From: Pseudomonadota bacterium
GTDB taxonomy: Bacteria > Pseudomonadota > Gammaproteobacteria > Steroidobacterales > MnTg04
Direction: 5' to 3'
Assembly: GCA_022560735.1 (NCBI GenBank)
Contig: JADFSO010000007.1
Span: forward strand, 18,980-82,979
DNA length: 64,000 nucleotides
Part shown: positions 1-9,721 of the stretch, one piece after another
Layout of the letters: each line of letters starts with the position of its first letter
How positions within the stretch are numbered: position 1 is the first letter of the stretch
Made by a program: the position numbers and the translations under genes
Notes under the pieces: generated by a model
What the model was told of the DNA's origin: nothing
The model's database searches: none
Seen by the model: the letters and a program-made list of their open reading frames with translations, nothing else

Positions 1-1
1 A

Positions 2-220
2 CGCGGCGACGAGTCGTACAACCTGGAACTGTCGCGCGAGCGTGCCGATGCGATAGTAGCGGCCTTGATCGGCTTTGGCGTGCCGGCGGCAAACCTGCAG
101 GTCCATGCGCACGGCGAGGTCAGTGGCGGTACCCAGGGCGACCTCGATGCTTACGCGCTGGAGCGCCGGGTGACCATGCGCCTGGTCGAGCCAAGCGCGG
201 GCCAGGTAGCGAGTAACTGA
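2..220 (+). CDS. OmpA-family peptidoglycan-binding protein, C-terminal part (5' truncated by window; PdsO-like)
   Basis: Frame 2 reads RGDESYNLELSRERADAIVAAL...HGE...YALERRV, an OmpA C-terminal domain signature; stop TGA at 218-220; not in ORF track. Confidence 0.8.
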   Translation, partial: RGDESYNLELSRERADAIVAALIGFGVPAANLQVHAHGEVSGGTQGDLDAYALERRVTMRLVEPSAGQVASN

Positions 221-250
221 CACCCGCTTGGCTTGCAAAATGCGCGGAGC

Positions 251-283
251 AGGGGTCGAACCCATGGGGTTCGGCCCTTTTTT
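251..283 (+). terminator. Rho-independent terminator
   Basis: AGGGGTCGAACCC-ATG-GGGTTCGGCCC stem followed by T6. Confidence 0.8.
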
Positions 284-357
284 CTGTTGCGCACGCGCTG
301 GCGAATTGCGACACTGACCGCCGTTTTTTCCATTAACGGCGATCCGGATCATCGGCG

Positions 358-1401
358 ATGAGCATCAATTTTCGCAGTGACAATGAAGCGCCCGCTGCGC
401 CTGAGATTCTGGACGCGATCGCAGCGGTCAACGTGGGTTTCGTGCATTCTTATGGCGAGGACCAGCTGACTGCCGATCTTGAGCGGAAATTCTCAGAAGT
501 ATTTGCTACCGAAGTGCAGGTTTGGCCGCTGGCAACCGGTACGGCGGCCAACTCACTGGCGATGGCGCAGATTTGTGCGCCCTTTGGCTCGATTTATTGT
601 CACGCAGATGCCCATCTCAATACCGACGAATGTGGCGCGCCGGAATTTTTTACGGCCGGCGCAAAACTGGTGGGTCTCGATGGTGATCATGGCAAGCTCA
701 AGGCGGAAGACCTGGCATCCGCACTCGATGAGACTGGCTATCTCGACGACCACGAAGTGCTGCCGTTGGCTCTCTCCCTCAGTCAGGCGACCGAGTTCGG
801 CACGGTCTATACGCCCGATGAAGTGAAATCCTTGTGCGAAGTCGCTCGCGATCACGATCTCAAGGTGCATATGGATGGCGCTCGTTTTGCCAACGCGGTT
901 CAGTCGCTGGGTGTGGCGCCCGCCGATATCACCTGGAAGGCCGGCATCGATCTGCTGAGCTTCGGCGCGACAAAAAACGGCGCGATGATGGCGGAAGCGC
1001 TGCTGGTGTTCGATCCTGCGCTGGCCGTGCAACTCGGCCGCAAGCGCAAGCGGGCTGGCCACCTGTTGAGCAAGATGCGTTTTGTCTCGGCGCAACTGGA
1101 TGCCTGCCTGGCCGATGATCGCTGGCTAAGATGGGCGGCCAATGCCAATCAGCAAGCGGCGAAATTATCCGCGGGTCTGACCGGGTTGCCTGGCATCGAA
1201 TTGCTGCACCCGGTACAGGCGAACGAAGTCTTCGTCCGCATGGATGAAAAAATATCAGGCGGCCTCTACGAGGCCGATTTCCAGTTTCACCTTTGGCCGG
1301 GTACCCGGGATATTTACCGCCTGGTTTGCGCCTGGTGCACCAAGGACGAAGAGGTCGATGCCTTGTTGAGCAGGGCGTCGCAACTGGCTTCTGCTGGCTG
1401 A
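358..1401 (+). CDS. ltaE: low-specificity L-threonine aldolase (PLP-dependent)
   Basis: FRSDN start, TGTAAN, DECGAPEF, HMDGARFANA, SFGATKNG (PLP Lys). Confidence 0.92.
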   Translation: MSINFRSDNEAPAAPEILDAIAAVNVGFVHSYGEDQLTADLERKFSEVFATEVQVWPLATGTAANSLAMAQICAPFGSIYCHADAHLNTDECGAPEFFTAGAKLVGLDGDHGKLKAEDLASALDETGYLDDHEVLPLALSLSQATEFGTVYTPDEVKSLCEVARDHDLKVHMDGARFANAVQSLGVAPADITWKAGIDLLSFGATKNGAMMAEALLVFDPALAVQLGRKRKRAGHLLSKMRFVSAQLDACLADDRWLRWAANANQQAAKLSAGLTGLPGIELLHPVQANEVFVRMDEKISGGLYEADFQFHLWPGTRDIYRLVCAWCTKDEEVDALLSRASQLASAG

Positions 1402-2853
1402 ATGCCTGCTATTTTCTCCAGGAAATCCTTGATGAGTCGGGTCTGGCCGTGGGTTTCTGCCGGCCTTTGCCTGGCTGCCGCCGGTCCGGCGTTCGCCGAT
1501 GCACCCAGGAACCTGATCCTGATGATACCGGACGGCATGGGACCTGCGGCCGTTACGCTGGCGAGATCGTACTGGGGCGAGCTGGTCATGGACCAGATAC
1601 TGGTCGGCAGCGCGAGCGTCTCATCGAGCAATTATCGCATTCCCGACTCCGGCGCGGCGGCCACGGCGATTGCCACCGGTGTCAATACGCTGAATCGCGC
1701 CATCGCGGTCGATGACGAAGGACAGCCATTGCTGACGCTGATCGAATCGGCGAAAAAAAATGGCCTGCTGACCGGCCTCGTGGTCAGCAGCCCGATTCAG
1801 CATGCGACGCCGGCCGCGTTTACCGCGCACGTCGACCATCGCGACAAGTACCGGCAGATTGCATCGCAGCAACTGGAACTGGGTGTCGATCTGTTACTCG
1901 GTGGGGGCGCCAGGTATCTTGCGCCCGGGCCGGTGACCGATGCAGACATTGCAGATAATGACCTGGCGACCGCGATGCCGTTACCCGGTCAACCGGATAT
2001 TCTGTGGTATCCCGATCTGTATCAGAAAGCGAAGGAAGCAGGCTACCAGCTCATCACGAAGCGAAAGGAGCTTGAGCAGGCGCGCCTGCCGGTATTCGGC
2101 GTTTTCGCGCGCAACTGGCTGACGGCTCCGCTGGACCGGCTTCACGGCGATGGAGACGATGAACCGGACCTGGCGGAAATGACGCGTTTTGCGCTGGACC
2201 GGCTGGCCGATGCCGATCGAGGATTCGTCTTGCTCATCGAAGGCAGCTCGATCGATAGTGCGGGGCATTATTACGATCCGGGCTGGCTGGTTCATGATAT
2301 CGGTGAGTTTGACCGAGCGCTGTCCATTGCGCTGAATTTTGTCAGGCAACGAGAAGATACGCTGCTGGTCGCACTGGCCGATCATGAAACTGGCGGTCTG
2401 AGCCTGGGTCGCATGCTTCGAGACGAGCAGGTCGGTGAAAAAAATTATTCACGCGACTGGAACCTTGAAATTCTCAGAAATCAGAAAGCAACGGTCCTGG
2501 GTATGCTGACGTTGATCAGAAATGGCGGCGACCCGGTTGCTGTATTTGTCGAAAACACCGCTATTGACACGCTTTACCCGGATCAGAAAAAGAATCTGCT
2601 GGCAATCCCCGGGATGGATCTCGAAGACGAGGATATCGAAGAAGACGCGATGCGAGTGATCGGGGCGATACTGAGCAGCCATGTCAAAGTAGACTGGAGT
2701 ACGCGCTTTCATACGGCTGTCGATGTAGGGGTGTATGCTTTTGGTCCCGGGGCGGAGCGCTTTGCCGGCTATCACACGAACTGGCAGATCGGCCGCATGC
2801 TCGGGGAACTTATGAATTTACCCGTGGCTGGCACGACCTCCGGGCGTGAGTAA
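1402..2853 (+). CDS. alkaline phosphatase, exported (start may be ATG 1432)
   Basis: Signal peptide; DGMG, DSGAAATA (catalytic Ser), HATPAAF, EGSSID..GH, ADHETGG, HTAVDV. Confidence 0.92.
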   Translation: MPAIFSRKSLMSRVWPWVSAGLCLAAAGPAFADAPRNLILMIPDGMGPAAVTLARSYWGELVMDQILVGSASVSSSNYRIPDSGAAATAIATGVNTLNRAIAVDDEGQPLLTLIESAKKNGLLTGLVVSSPIQHATPAAFTAHVDHRDKYRQIASQQLELGVDLLLGGGARYLAPGPVTDADIADNDLATAMPLPGQPDILWYPDLYQKAKEAGYQLITKRKELEQARLPVFGVFARNWLTAPLDRLHGDGDDEPDLAEMTRFALDRLADADRGFVLLIEGSSIDSAGHYYDPGWLVHDIGEFDRALSIALNFVRQREDTLLVALADHETGGLSLGRMLRDEQVGEKNYSRDWNLEILRNQKATVLGMLTLIRNGGDPVAVFVENTAIDTLYPDQKKNLLAIPGMDLEDEDIEEDAMRVIGAILSSHVKVDWSTRFHTAVDVGVYAFGPGAERFAGYHTNWQIGRMLGELMNLPVAGTTSGRE

Positions 2854-2854
2854 T

Positions 2855-2868
2855 TTGCCATAGATCAA
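2855..2868 (+). promoter_or_regulatory. candidate FNR-type box upstream of the OsmC gene
   Basis: TTGCC-ATAG-ATCAA versus consensus TTGAT-N4-ATCAA, 58 bp upstream of the ATG. Confidence 0.4.
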
Positions 2869-2926
2869 GGTATCAAGTCGTCAAAATTGTTCGAATAAAG
2901 TCAGTAATTAATATCTGGAGAAAAAA

Positions 2927-3361
2927 ATGCAGGGATTTCCTCACCGTTACCCGGTCAGTGCAAGTGCAAAAAAGGACGGACTGGTTTTGCTCGATTCACC
3001 CGGGGCGCCGCAACTTGCGTCGGCGCCGCCGGTCGAGTTCGATGGTCCAGGCGATCAATGGTCCCCCGAATCATTACTCACCGCGTCGGTGGCCGATTGC
3101 ATAATCCTGACCTTCCGAGCTATTGCAACAGCCTCGGGCCTGGAATGGAACGAACTCGAAATGAATATTGACGGAACGCTCGATCGGGTCGATCGGGTTA
3201 CCCGGTTTACCCATTTCGACATTCAGGCGCGCCTGCGGATTCCCGCAGGGACGGATGCCGGCAAGGCGAAGCAATTGCTCGAAAAGGCCGAGAAAAACTG
3301 CCTCGTCAGCAACTCCCTGAATGCTGAAAAGTCCATCGCGGTCAGCGTGGAAGTCAGCTGA
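2927..3361 (+). CDS. OsmC/Ohr family protein
   Basis: PPVEFDGPGDQWSPESLL..SVADC and AEKNCLVSNSL (two conserved Cys); GGAG RBS. Confidence 0.88.
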   Translation: MQGFPHRYPVSASAKKDGLVLLDSPGAPQLASAPPVEFDGPGDQWSPESLLTASVADCIILTFRAIATASGLEWNELEMNIDGTLDRVDRVTRFTHFDIQARLRIPAGTDAGKAKQLLEKAEKNCLVSNSLNAEKSIAVSVEVS

Positions 3362-3548
3362 TCCTGCTTGAGCCGCGATGATCGCGGCAACATGGATCTT
3401 TGCGGGGCTCAATCTCAGGCTCGGGAGCGTCCACCATTTCGGGAGAGGTCCAGCTGAATGGATGCATAATCGAGTCTTTTTGTGATATTTCCTGTGGAGA
3501 CACGACTAATGACGTAAGGACTGGTCGTTACGAGCTATCGTTGAAAAT

Positions 3549-4886
3549 ATGCCGCCAAATCATGTCTTGAAATCGCCGCTGTGGTCTCGGCCACACCAAT
3601 ACCTGATCGCCACGATATTTGCCGTGGTGATACTGGCGTACCTGGTGATAGCCCTTTATTACCCGATAGCTTTCATATGGTTAACCTATGAAGATCTGAT
3701 CGGGGAGTGGAGTCAGACCTATTTCTTTCTTGCCGCGATGATTTTGTCATTGCGGAATGTTTTCTCAAAATCGAACTACCGATGGTTTTTCGCAATCCTC
3801 GCGGTGGCCTGTGCATACGTCGTACTTGAAGAGATTTCCTGGGGACAAAGAATATTCGGCTTTTCGACACCGGAGTTCTTGAAGGCCCGCAATCTGCAAG
3901 GCGAGGCAAATATTCACAATATTTTCACGGGCCCATACAAAACATTCCTGAAGGATGCCCTGAGCTACACACTGGCCGCCGGTCTGGTGGCATACGGAAT
4001 GTTGTACCCGCTCGCCTGTTCCTTCAAATGGCGGCCCGCCGCCTGGCTGCAAAAACTGGGTGTTGCCGCGCCACCATTGGTTGTAGCGCCCTATTTTGTC
4101 TGTGCAGCCTACCTCGAACTAAAGCCTTTCAGCTTCAACGAGGCGGAAATTGCAGAAATCCTGGTAGCGATGGCGTTGGCGATTACCGCTTTGCATTATC
4201 GGTTCTTGACGGTCCGCGAGCTGTACGCAAATGGAGATTCCTCGTGGAGCGCCGCTCAGTCGAAGAGGTTTAGCCTGTGGGTGGGCGGCCTCGTGATAAC
4301 CGTATTTTCAGTTGCCGGTTTGACCACGGTAGCCGCTTATTCGTCACCCGAGCGAAGGTCGGTCATCGATAACAGGATCGACAACGGCATAGAAAAATTC
4401 GCCGGACGTTATCGCCGATACGACCGCTGCGACATCAGTAACCGTCTGTACGGGCGGTTGCTCGAAGACGATCCTGACGATGTGTCATTGATTCGGAAAA
4501 TGGCCGGGTGCTACCAGTCTCTTGGCGAGCAACACAGCTTTCAGGAGTTTGTCGACCGTGCACTCAGCATCGACCTGGCGAAACTCGAAGAGGACCCAAT
4601 GCGGGCGTCGGTTAATCGCTCTGTGGTTCGCACCTACCGGCTTGCCGGGGAGGAAGCCCTGGCTGATAAATATCTGCTGTATGCATTCGAAATCGGACTC
4701 GAGCGAATCGCGGATCATCCCGACAGCGTCAATGCCTTGTATTCGCTGGGCCGAACCTACTCGTTGGCGAATCAGCCGGAGAAAGCGCTGGAGCTGCTGA
4801 GCCGGGCCTACGAAATGAAACCGGCCTCGTCGAGGTATCGAAAAGCCTACTATCGGGCAAAGCGCAAGGTCGATGAGCAGGGCTAG
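3549..4886 (+). CDS. multi-pass membrane protein with C-terminal TPR repeats
   Basis: Several hydrophobic helices, EEISWGQRIFG..NLQGEANIHN motif, TPR-like ALYSLGRTY..A..LLSRAYEMKP. Confidence 0.7.
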   Translation: MPPNHVLKSPLWSRPHQYLIATIFAVVILAYLVIALYYPIAFIWLTYEDLIGEWSQTYFFLAAMILSLRNVFSKSNYRWFFAILAVACAYVVLEEISWGQRIFGFSTPEFLKARNLQGEANIHNIFTGPYKTFLKDALSYTLAAGLVAYGMLYPLACSFKWRPAAWLQKLGVAAPPLVVAPYFVCAAYLELKPFSFNEAEIAEILVAMALAITALHYRFLTVRELYANGDSSWSAAQSKRFSLWVGGLVITVFSVAGLTTVAAYSSPERRSVIDNRIDNGIEKFAGRYRRYDRCDISNRLYGRLLEDDPDDVSLIRKMAGCYQSLGEQHSFQEFVDRALSIDLAKLEEDPMRASVNRSVVRTYRLAGEEALADKYLLYAFEIGLERIADHPDSVNALYSLGRTYSLANQPEKALELLSRAYEMKPASSRYRKAYYRAKRKVDEQG

Positions 4887-4919
4887 TTACAACGGATTTA
4901 TCGCCTGAAGAAACCGTCA

Positions 4920-5342
4920 CTACTGGTCGCGCGGCGTTACCTTGGCGCGCAGGGTCTTGGTCTTGCCACGCCGTGTCTTGTCATCCAAACGCTTTTTCTT
5001 CGCGTTCCTGCTGGGCCGCGTTTCCTTGCGTATTTTCTTTACCGCGATCGCACTGAGAATCAGGTCCCGCAACCGGTTCAGCGCTGCTTCGCGATTTTGT
5101 TCCTGGCTGCGGTGTTGTTGCGCCTTGATCACGACGATGCCTTCCTTGCTGATGCGTTTGTCCTGATGGCGCAACAATTTTTCCTTCTCGGAATCGCTCA
5201 GCGATGAGCGCTGGATATCGAAACGCAAATGCACCGCGCTCGAGACCTTGTTGACGTTCTGGCCGCCGGCGCCTTGCGCGCGAATCGCCGTAAGTTCGAT
5301 TTCACTGTCCGCGATCTGGATTTTCTCGTTGACTGTCAGCAT
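4920..5342 (-). CDS. arfB: alternative ribosome rescue peptidyl-tRNA hydrolase ArfB
   Basis: GAGGQNVNKVSSAVHLRFD (GGQ motif), RSQEQNRE, basic C-terminal tail; start reassigned to ATG 5342. Confidence 0.93.
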   Translation of the reverse strand: MLTVNEKIQIADSEIELTAIRAQGAGGQNVNKVSSAVHLRFDIQRSSLSDSEKEKLLRHQDKRISKEGIVVIKAQQHRSQEQNREAALNRLRDLILSAIAVKKIRKETRPSRNAKKKRLDDKTRRGKTKTLRAKVTPRDQ

Positions 5343-5367
5343 CAGCGGGTACCGTGCAGGCCAGCGC

Positions 5368-6240
5368 TCAGGATACTCCAGCCCTGGCCGCATTGCGTGA
5401 GCCAAAAATGGCCAGACCGATGCCACCCAGGATCAGGCCAGATGACAAAGTCAACCGCATCGTCAGGCTTTCGGCAAGAAACAGCACACCACCAAGGGCC
5501 GCGATTACCGGCACCGATAACTGCACCGTCGCGGCGCGTGTGGCACTCATCGCGCGAAGCGCTGCGTACCAGATGACGTAACCCAGTCCGGAAGTAAGGG
5601 CGCCCGAAATGATTGCGAGGACGATGCCTTTCGACGACAACCAGATTTCATCGGCAAACCACAGGCTCACCGCAATTGTCGCCGGCACACAGCGGAGGAA
5701 ATTGGATGCCGTGTCGGCGAGGGGGCTACTCGCCTTTCGACCCCGCAGGGAATAAATACCCCAGCACACGCCAGCCAGGACCATCATCGCGGCAGCGCCC
5801 GGTGGCGGAGCCGACAAACCGGGCAGGAGCAGGTAAACCAGACCCAGCAGAGCAAGGATCAGGCCTGTCCACTCCATCCGATGCGGGCGGTCGCCGGATA
5901 AAAGCGCCGCGCCGACCATGGTGATCTGTACCGCCGCAAACAGGATCAAAGCGCCGGCACCGGCATCCAGGCTGATATAGGCAAGCGAGAAGGGCAGTGC
6001 ATAGAGAAAAAGCATCGCCGACGACATCCAGCTTCCTTCCGTGCGCAGCCGATCTTTTTTTAGGCTCGCCAAAACGATAATCAGCAAGGTCGTTGCGCCT
6101 GACAGCAGGCGGATCGAGGTGAAACTGATGGCGTCTATGGTTTCCGCGCCGAGCGCCAACCGGCAGAGTACCGAATTGGCTGCGAAGGCCAGCAGGGCAA
6201 GCGTTGTCAGGGCAAAGTTAATGGAAACGCCGGTGCTTAT
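5368..6240 (-). CDS. DMT/EamA family transporter (start uncertain, possibly ATA at 6240)
   Basis: About 10 TM segments; frame stays open upstream of 6159 giving TTLALLAFAANSVLCRLAL. Confidence 0.85.
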   Translation of the reverse strand: MSTGVSINFALTTLALLAFAANSVLCRLALGAETIDAISFTSIRLLSGATTLLIIVLASLKKDRLRTEGSWMSSAMLFLYALPFSLAYISLDAGAGALILFAAVQITMVGAALLSGDRPHRMEWTGLILALLGLVYLLLPGLSAPPPGAAAMMVLAGVCWGIYSLRGRKASSPLADTASNFLRCVPATIAVSLWFADEIWLSSKGIVLAIISGALTSGLGYVIWYAALRAMSATRAATVQLSVPVIAALGGVLFLAESLTMRLTLSSGLILGGIGLAIFGSRNAARAGVS

Positions 6241-6650
6241 TTGTCTGGATATTTTGCAAAGCGCGGTGCGGATGACATGTCGTCATACCAATGCGCACGG
6301 TTGTCCCAGAAAATGATATTTTCGGGGCGTATACCGGGATCCTCGTCCAGCGAACCCGCCGGAATAACAACCATGTTCCTTTCTGCGGACACCCTGGGTA
6401 CCGGTGAGCCACATTCAGCGCAGAAATTCCGGCCAAAACTTTTCGCGGAATCCAGTTTGAAACCGCGTACCAGGTCTTCACCAGCGGTCCAGCTCAAATC
6501 TTCCGGTTTGGTGAAAATATTGCTGGCATGTGCCGAGCCTGTTGCCTTCCGGCATCTTGAGCAGTGACAGACAAAAAAGGAACTGAACGGGCCGCGCAAT
6601 TCAAATTTCACTTTTCCGCAAAGACAGCTACCGCTAATTACATCGCTCAT
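6237..6650 (-). CDS. GFA (CENP-V) family zinc-binding protein
   Basis: GSCLCG, CHCSRCRK, FCAECGS. Confidence 0.92.
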   Translation of the reverse strand: MSDVISGSCLCGKVKFELRGPFSSFFVCHCSRCRKATGSAHASNIFTKPEDLSWTAGEDLVRGFKLDSAKSFGRNFCAECGSPVPRVSAERNMVVIPAGSLDEDPGIRPENIIFWDNRAHWYDDMSSAPRFAKYPDK

Positions 6651-6685
6651 CGGTCATCTCTCCACATCGGCTTCAATCGAACCGG

Positions 6686-6892
6686 TCAATAATGCGGTGG
6701 CCGCTCATCCGTGTCGGCGCCACCTTCGATCATTTCCGCCAATCCTTTCTGCCGATCAACAAGGTATTTGCAGCTAACGCGCAGTTCTTCAATGTCCTTT
6801 TGCTGGTTGCTCACGATGTCGTTCAAAGTTTGCAAGGTGTCTTCCAGGTAGGCGATTTTTGTTTCGACAGAGTCGATTCTATTATCGGGCAT
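6686..6892 (-). CDS. slyX: SlyX family protein
   Basis: ETKIAYLEDTLQTLNDIV..QQ and C-terminal ERPPHY; start reassigned to ATG 6892. Confidence 0.88.
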   Translation of the reverse strand: MPDNRIDSVETKIAYLEDTLQTLNDIVSNQQKDIEELRVSCKYLVDRQKGLAEMIEGGADTDERPPHY

Positions 6893-6940
6893 GGCGTTTG
6901 GATTCCTTGCGCATGTTTTGGACACCGGCGTGGGCACGCA

Positions 6941-8959
6941 TCAATCCGGCTTCCGGAATTTCAGCGTCATGCGATCGCTCTCGCCGATCGCGAGATATTT
7001 TTCCCGATCGATTTCCTTCAAGCGATACGTCGGAGGCAGTGTCCACACGCCTTGCGGGTGGTCCCTGCTGTCTTTGGCGTTGGCATTGATCTCGCTGCTT
7101 TCGATGAATTCGAAACCAGCCGATTCCGCAAGCTCGATGACGTAGTCCTGGCGGGCATAACCCGAAACAGCTTCCGGGTCCTGCTCTTTTTCAGGGTTGG
7201 CACGGTGCTCCACCACGCCCAGGATGCCGCCCGCCTTTAGTGCGGAATACATGCCGCTGAACGCTTCACGGGCAACGCCTTCTCTCATCCAGTTATGGAC
7301 GTTTCTAAAGGTCAAGACCAGGTCGGCGGAACCCGGCGGGGCGATATCGAGCAGCAGCGGCGGATCGAAAATCGTGACTTCGACTTTGGAATAACTGTTG
7401 GGGTCGGCGGCCAGTTTGTCGTCAAACTTTTCTGCATTCGATCTGAAATACATAATTTCGGAATCGGGGTCATAACTTGCCGCGTATAATTTGCCGTTGT
7501 CCTTCAGATAGGGCGCAAGAATCTCGGTGTACCAGCCACCCCCGCCAGGTGAAATTTCAACGACCGTCATGTCCGGTTCGATGCCAATAAATTCCAGCGT
7601 TTCAAGCGGATGCCGGTATTGGTTGCGGGCCCGGGAAGCTTCGCTGCGGTGATCGCCATCGGCGATGGCGGCGAGGCTTGCCGTCAGGGAGCGGTCGAAT
7701 TCGACGCCGTTGCGCCAGACTTTGACAATCTGGCGAGAGTCTGAAATATCGCGGGTCGGATCGCCATCGATCAATACCAGGTCGGCGAGCAGCCCCACCG
7801 CAATTCGGCCGCGGTCCGCGAGAGCAAACGCGTCGGCCGCGTTGGCCGTCGCCGCCGACAAGGCCTGGCTGGGACTCAGACCTGCCTGGACCAGCAGTTC
7901 CAGTTCGCGGTGCATGCTGATTCCGTGTATAACGCCCGCATTGGGAGGATCGGTACCGGCCACGAGCATGACGCCTGCCTCGTGCAGCCCGCGAACGGCA
8001 TCGAGATACTGATCCAGGTTCTGGAGATTCTGATTTTCATTGCTGGCCGTCAGATTGGCGATCATTTCATCGTCAAGATAGGGCGTCACGGCCGGGTCTT
8101 TTGCGATCAGTGCGCGCGCGCTTCCGATGACGAAGCCATCCGGGACGGACAGCGTTGCGGTGACAAACATGCCTTGCTGCGCAAGCAATCTCGACAACTC
8201 AGGCTCGGCGCCCGATGTGCGCCAGATATGCGCCAGCCCGTCCGCGCCCGCGCCGATGACTGTTCTGACGTCATCGGGTGTTTCGATATGGGCGACAACT
8301 TTCAGGTTTCGCTTATGTGCGGCCTCGACCAGCGCACGCGTGGTAGCGGCGCTCATGGTTGGCATGCCGTTCATTGCCCGCAAGCCGTTGAGTACGATTT
8401 TCTGGTAATCCGCACCATTGGCAACCCGTTCGGCGACGAAAGCGTCTGCCTGTTGTGGACCGTCTACGGTGGGAATGACGATATCGTATTCGGTGCCGTG
8501 GCCACCCGGCGGGGTTGCCAGCATATCGGTCGACAGGAAGTCGGCGACATCGTCGCGGGTTTCCGCGGCCGTTTTCAGAACCGGGAAGTAACCCGGCCAG
8601 GTCATCTGGTCCAGGATAGTCGTTACCCCGAATCGCAAGGCGGTCTGTAGCTGGCTCACGGAAGAGGTGTGGGTATGGGTATCGATCATGCCCGGCAGCA
8701 AAGTCATGCCGCTGGCATCGATGATTTCCAGTCCCCCGGGGAGTTCGCTGCTGTCGCTGATTTCCACGATCAGCCGGTCGCGAATCACCACGTGATATCC
8801 GTCCAGCGTCCGGGTGCCATCGAAGACCCGCGCGTTGGCAATGACAAAACCACTGCCGCCGTTGCTTTGCTCCACGCTTGCGCAACTCGCAATCAATAGC
8901 AGGGGCAGCAACCAGGTGGTGCGTGTGATGTGAGGGATTTTGCTGTGTCTTGTATTCAC
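6941..8959 (-). CDS. lipoprotein: amidohydrolase domain fused to a class I SAM-dependent methyltransferase-like domain
   Basis: Lipobox IASC; PGMIDTHTH, AHI, LAH, AGTD metal ligands; C-terminal RHPLETLEF..VVEISPGGGGWYTEILAP..TFRNVHNW..GESDRMTLKFRKP; GTG 8959 follows AAGGA. Confidence 0.82.
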   Translation of the reverse strand: MNTRHSKIPHITRTTWLLPLLLIASCASVEQSNGGSGFVIANARVFDGTRTLDGYHVVIRDRLIVEISDSSELPGGLEIIDASGMTLLPGMIDTHTHTSSVSQLQTALRFGVTTILDQMTWPGYFPVLKTAAETRDDVADFLSTDMLATPPGGHGTEYDIVIPTVDGPQQADAFVAERVANGADYQKIVLNGLRAMNGMPTMSAATTRALVEAAHKRNLKVVAHIETPDDVRTVIGAGADGLAHIWRTSGAEPELSRLLAQQGMFVTATLSVPDGFVIGSARALIAKDPAVTPYLDDEMIANLTASNENQNLQNLDQYLDAVRGLHEAGVMLVAGTDPPNAGVIHGISMHRELELLVQAGLSPSQALSAATANAADAFALADRGRIAVGLLADLVLIDGDPTRDISDSRQIVKVWRNGVEFDRSLTASLAAIADGDHRSEASRARNQYRHPLETLEFIGIEPDMTVVEISPGGGGWYTEILAPYLKDNGKLYAASYDPDSEIMYFRSNAEKFDDKLAADPNSYSKVEVTIFDPPLLLDIAPPGSADLVLTFRNVHNWMREGVAREAFSGMYSALKAGGILGVVEHRANPEKEQDPEAVSGYARQDYVIELAESAGFEFIESSEINANAKDSRDHPQGVWTLPPTYRLKEIDREKYLAIGESDRMTLKFRKPD

Positions 8960-9056
8960 AAATATTCCTTTTCGGTAGTGACCTCCGCCACGCAGCGGCA
9001 TTTCTCAACCGATATTAGCCTTAAAAAAGACCGGGCGAACGAACAACCGGGAAATA

Positions 9057-9111
9057 TGTAAAGGGTGCTTGACATTTAGCTCGAAAAGCGTAGTGTAAAG
9101 GGTACTTTACA
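9057..9111 (+). promoter_or_regulatory. sigma70 promoter overlapped by two palindromic operators
   Basis: TGTAAAGggtgCTTGACA (9057-9074, includes -35 TTGACA) and TGTAAAGggtaCTTTACA (9094-9111). Confidence 0.75.
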
Positions 9112-9127
9112 CCGGAAGGAGACAGGG

Positions 9128-9511
9128 ATGTCCACCATTACTTTTCATCGATTCCGCCGCGAGTTTCTCCTGGCCGCTGTTTTGGCCGTTGCGTTGATGG
9201 TTGTGATGTATTTGCTGAATCTCGACAGGCAGGCAAACAACGCACTGATCATCGGCCTGATACCGGCATTGCCGGGTCTTGCGGCGGTGGCGGTCCTGAT
9301 GCTGGCCCGGGCACGCATGGATGAACTCGAGCGCAAGATCCACGATGCCGCGCTGGCCTTCGCCTTTGCGAGCAGCCTTTTCCTGCTAGTAGCCTATGGG
9401 GTCCTGCAGGCGTCGATTGGCGCACCTACCCTGAACTGGGCGCTGGCCGCGGCCTTGATGAGTTGCACCTGGGCGATGGGGTGGATCGTCTGCGGGCGTC
9501 TTTACCGGTGA
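9128..9511 (+). CDS. small 4-TM membrane protein
   Basis: Hydrophobic helices, MDELERKI motif, AGGAG RBS, GTGA overlap with the HTH gene. Confidence 0.75.
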   Translation: MSTITFHRFRREFLLAAVLAVALMVVMYLLNLDRQANNALIIGLIPALPGLAAVAVLMLARARMDELERKIHDAALAFAFASSLFLLVAYGVLQASIGAPTLNWALAAALMSCTWAMGWIVCGRLYR

Positions 9512-9699
9512 AGAACAAGGTCAGGGAGTTGCGCGCTGCGATGAACTGGACGCAGGCGGATCTGGCGGAAGCGCTGGATGTGTCACGCCAGACCGTCAAT
9601 GCGATCGAAAGGGAGAAGTACGATCCCAGCCTGCCGCTGGCTTTTCGCATTGCAAAATTGTTTGGCAAGCGCGCCGAGGATGTCTTTATCGCTGATTGA
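9508..9699 (+). CDS. XRE-family helix-turn-helix transcriptional regulator
   Basis: KNKVRELR..WTQADLAEALDVSRQTVNAIEREKYDPSLPLAFRIA; GTG start overlaps upstream stop. Confidence 0.92.
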   Translation: MKNKVRELRAAMNWTQADLAEALDVSRQTVNAIEREKYDPSLPLAFRIAKLFGKRAEDVFIAD

Positions 9700-9721
9700 G
9701 GGGCGAGCGGCAGGCAGCAGC

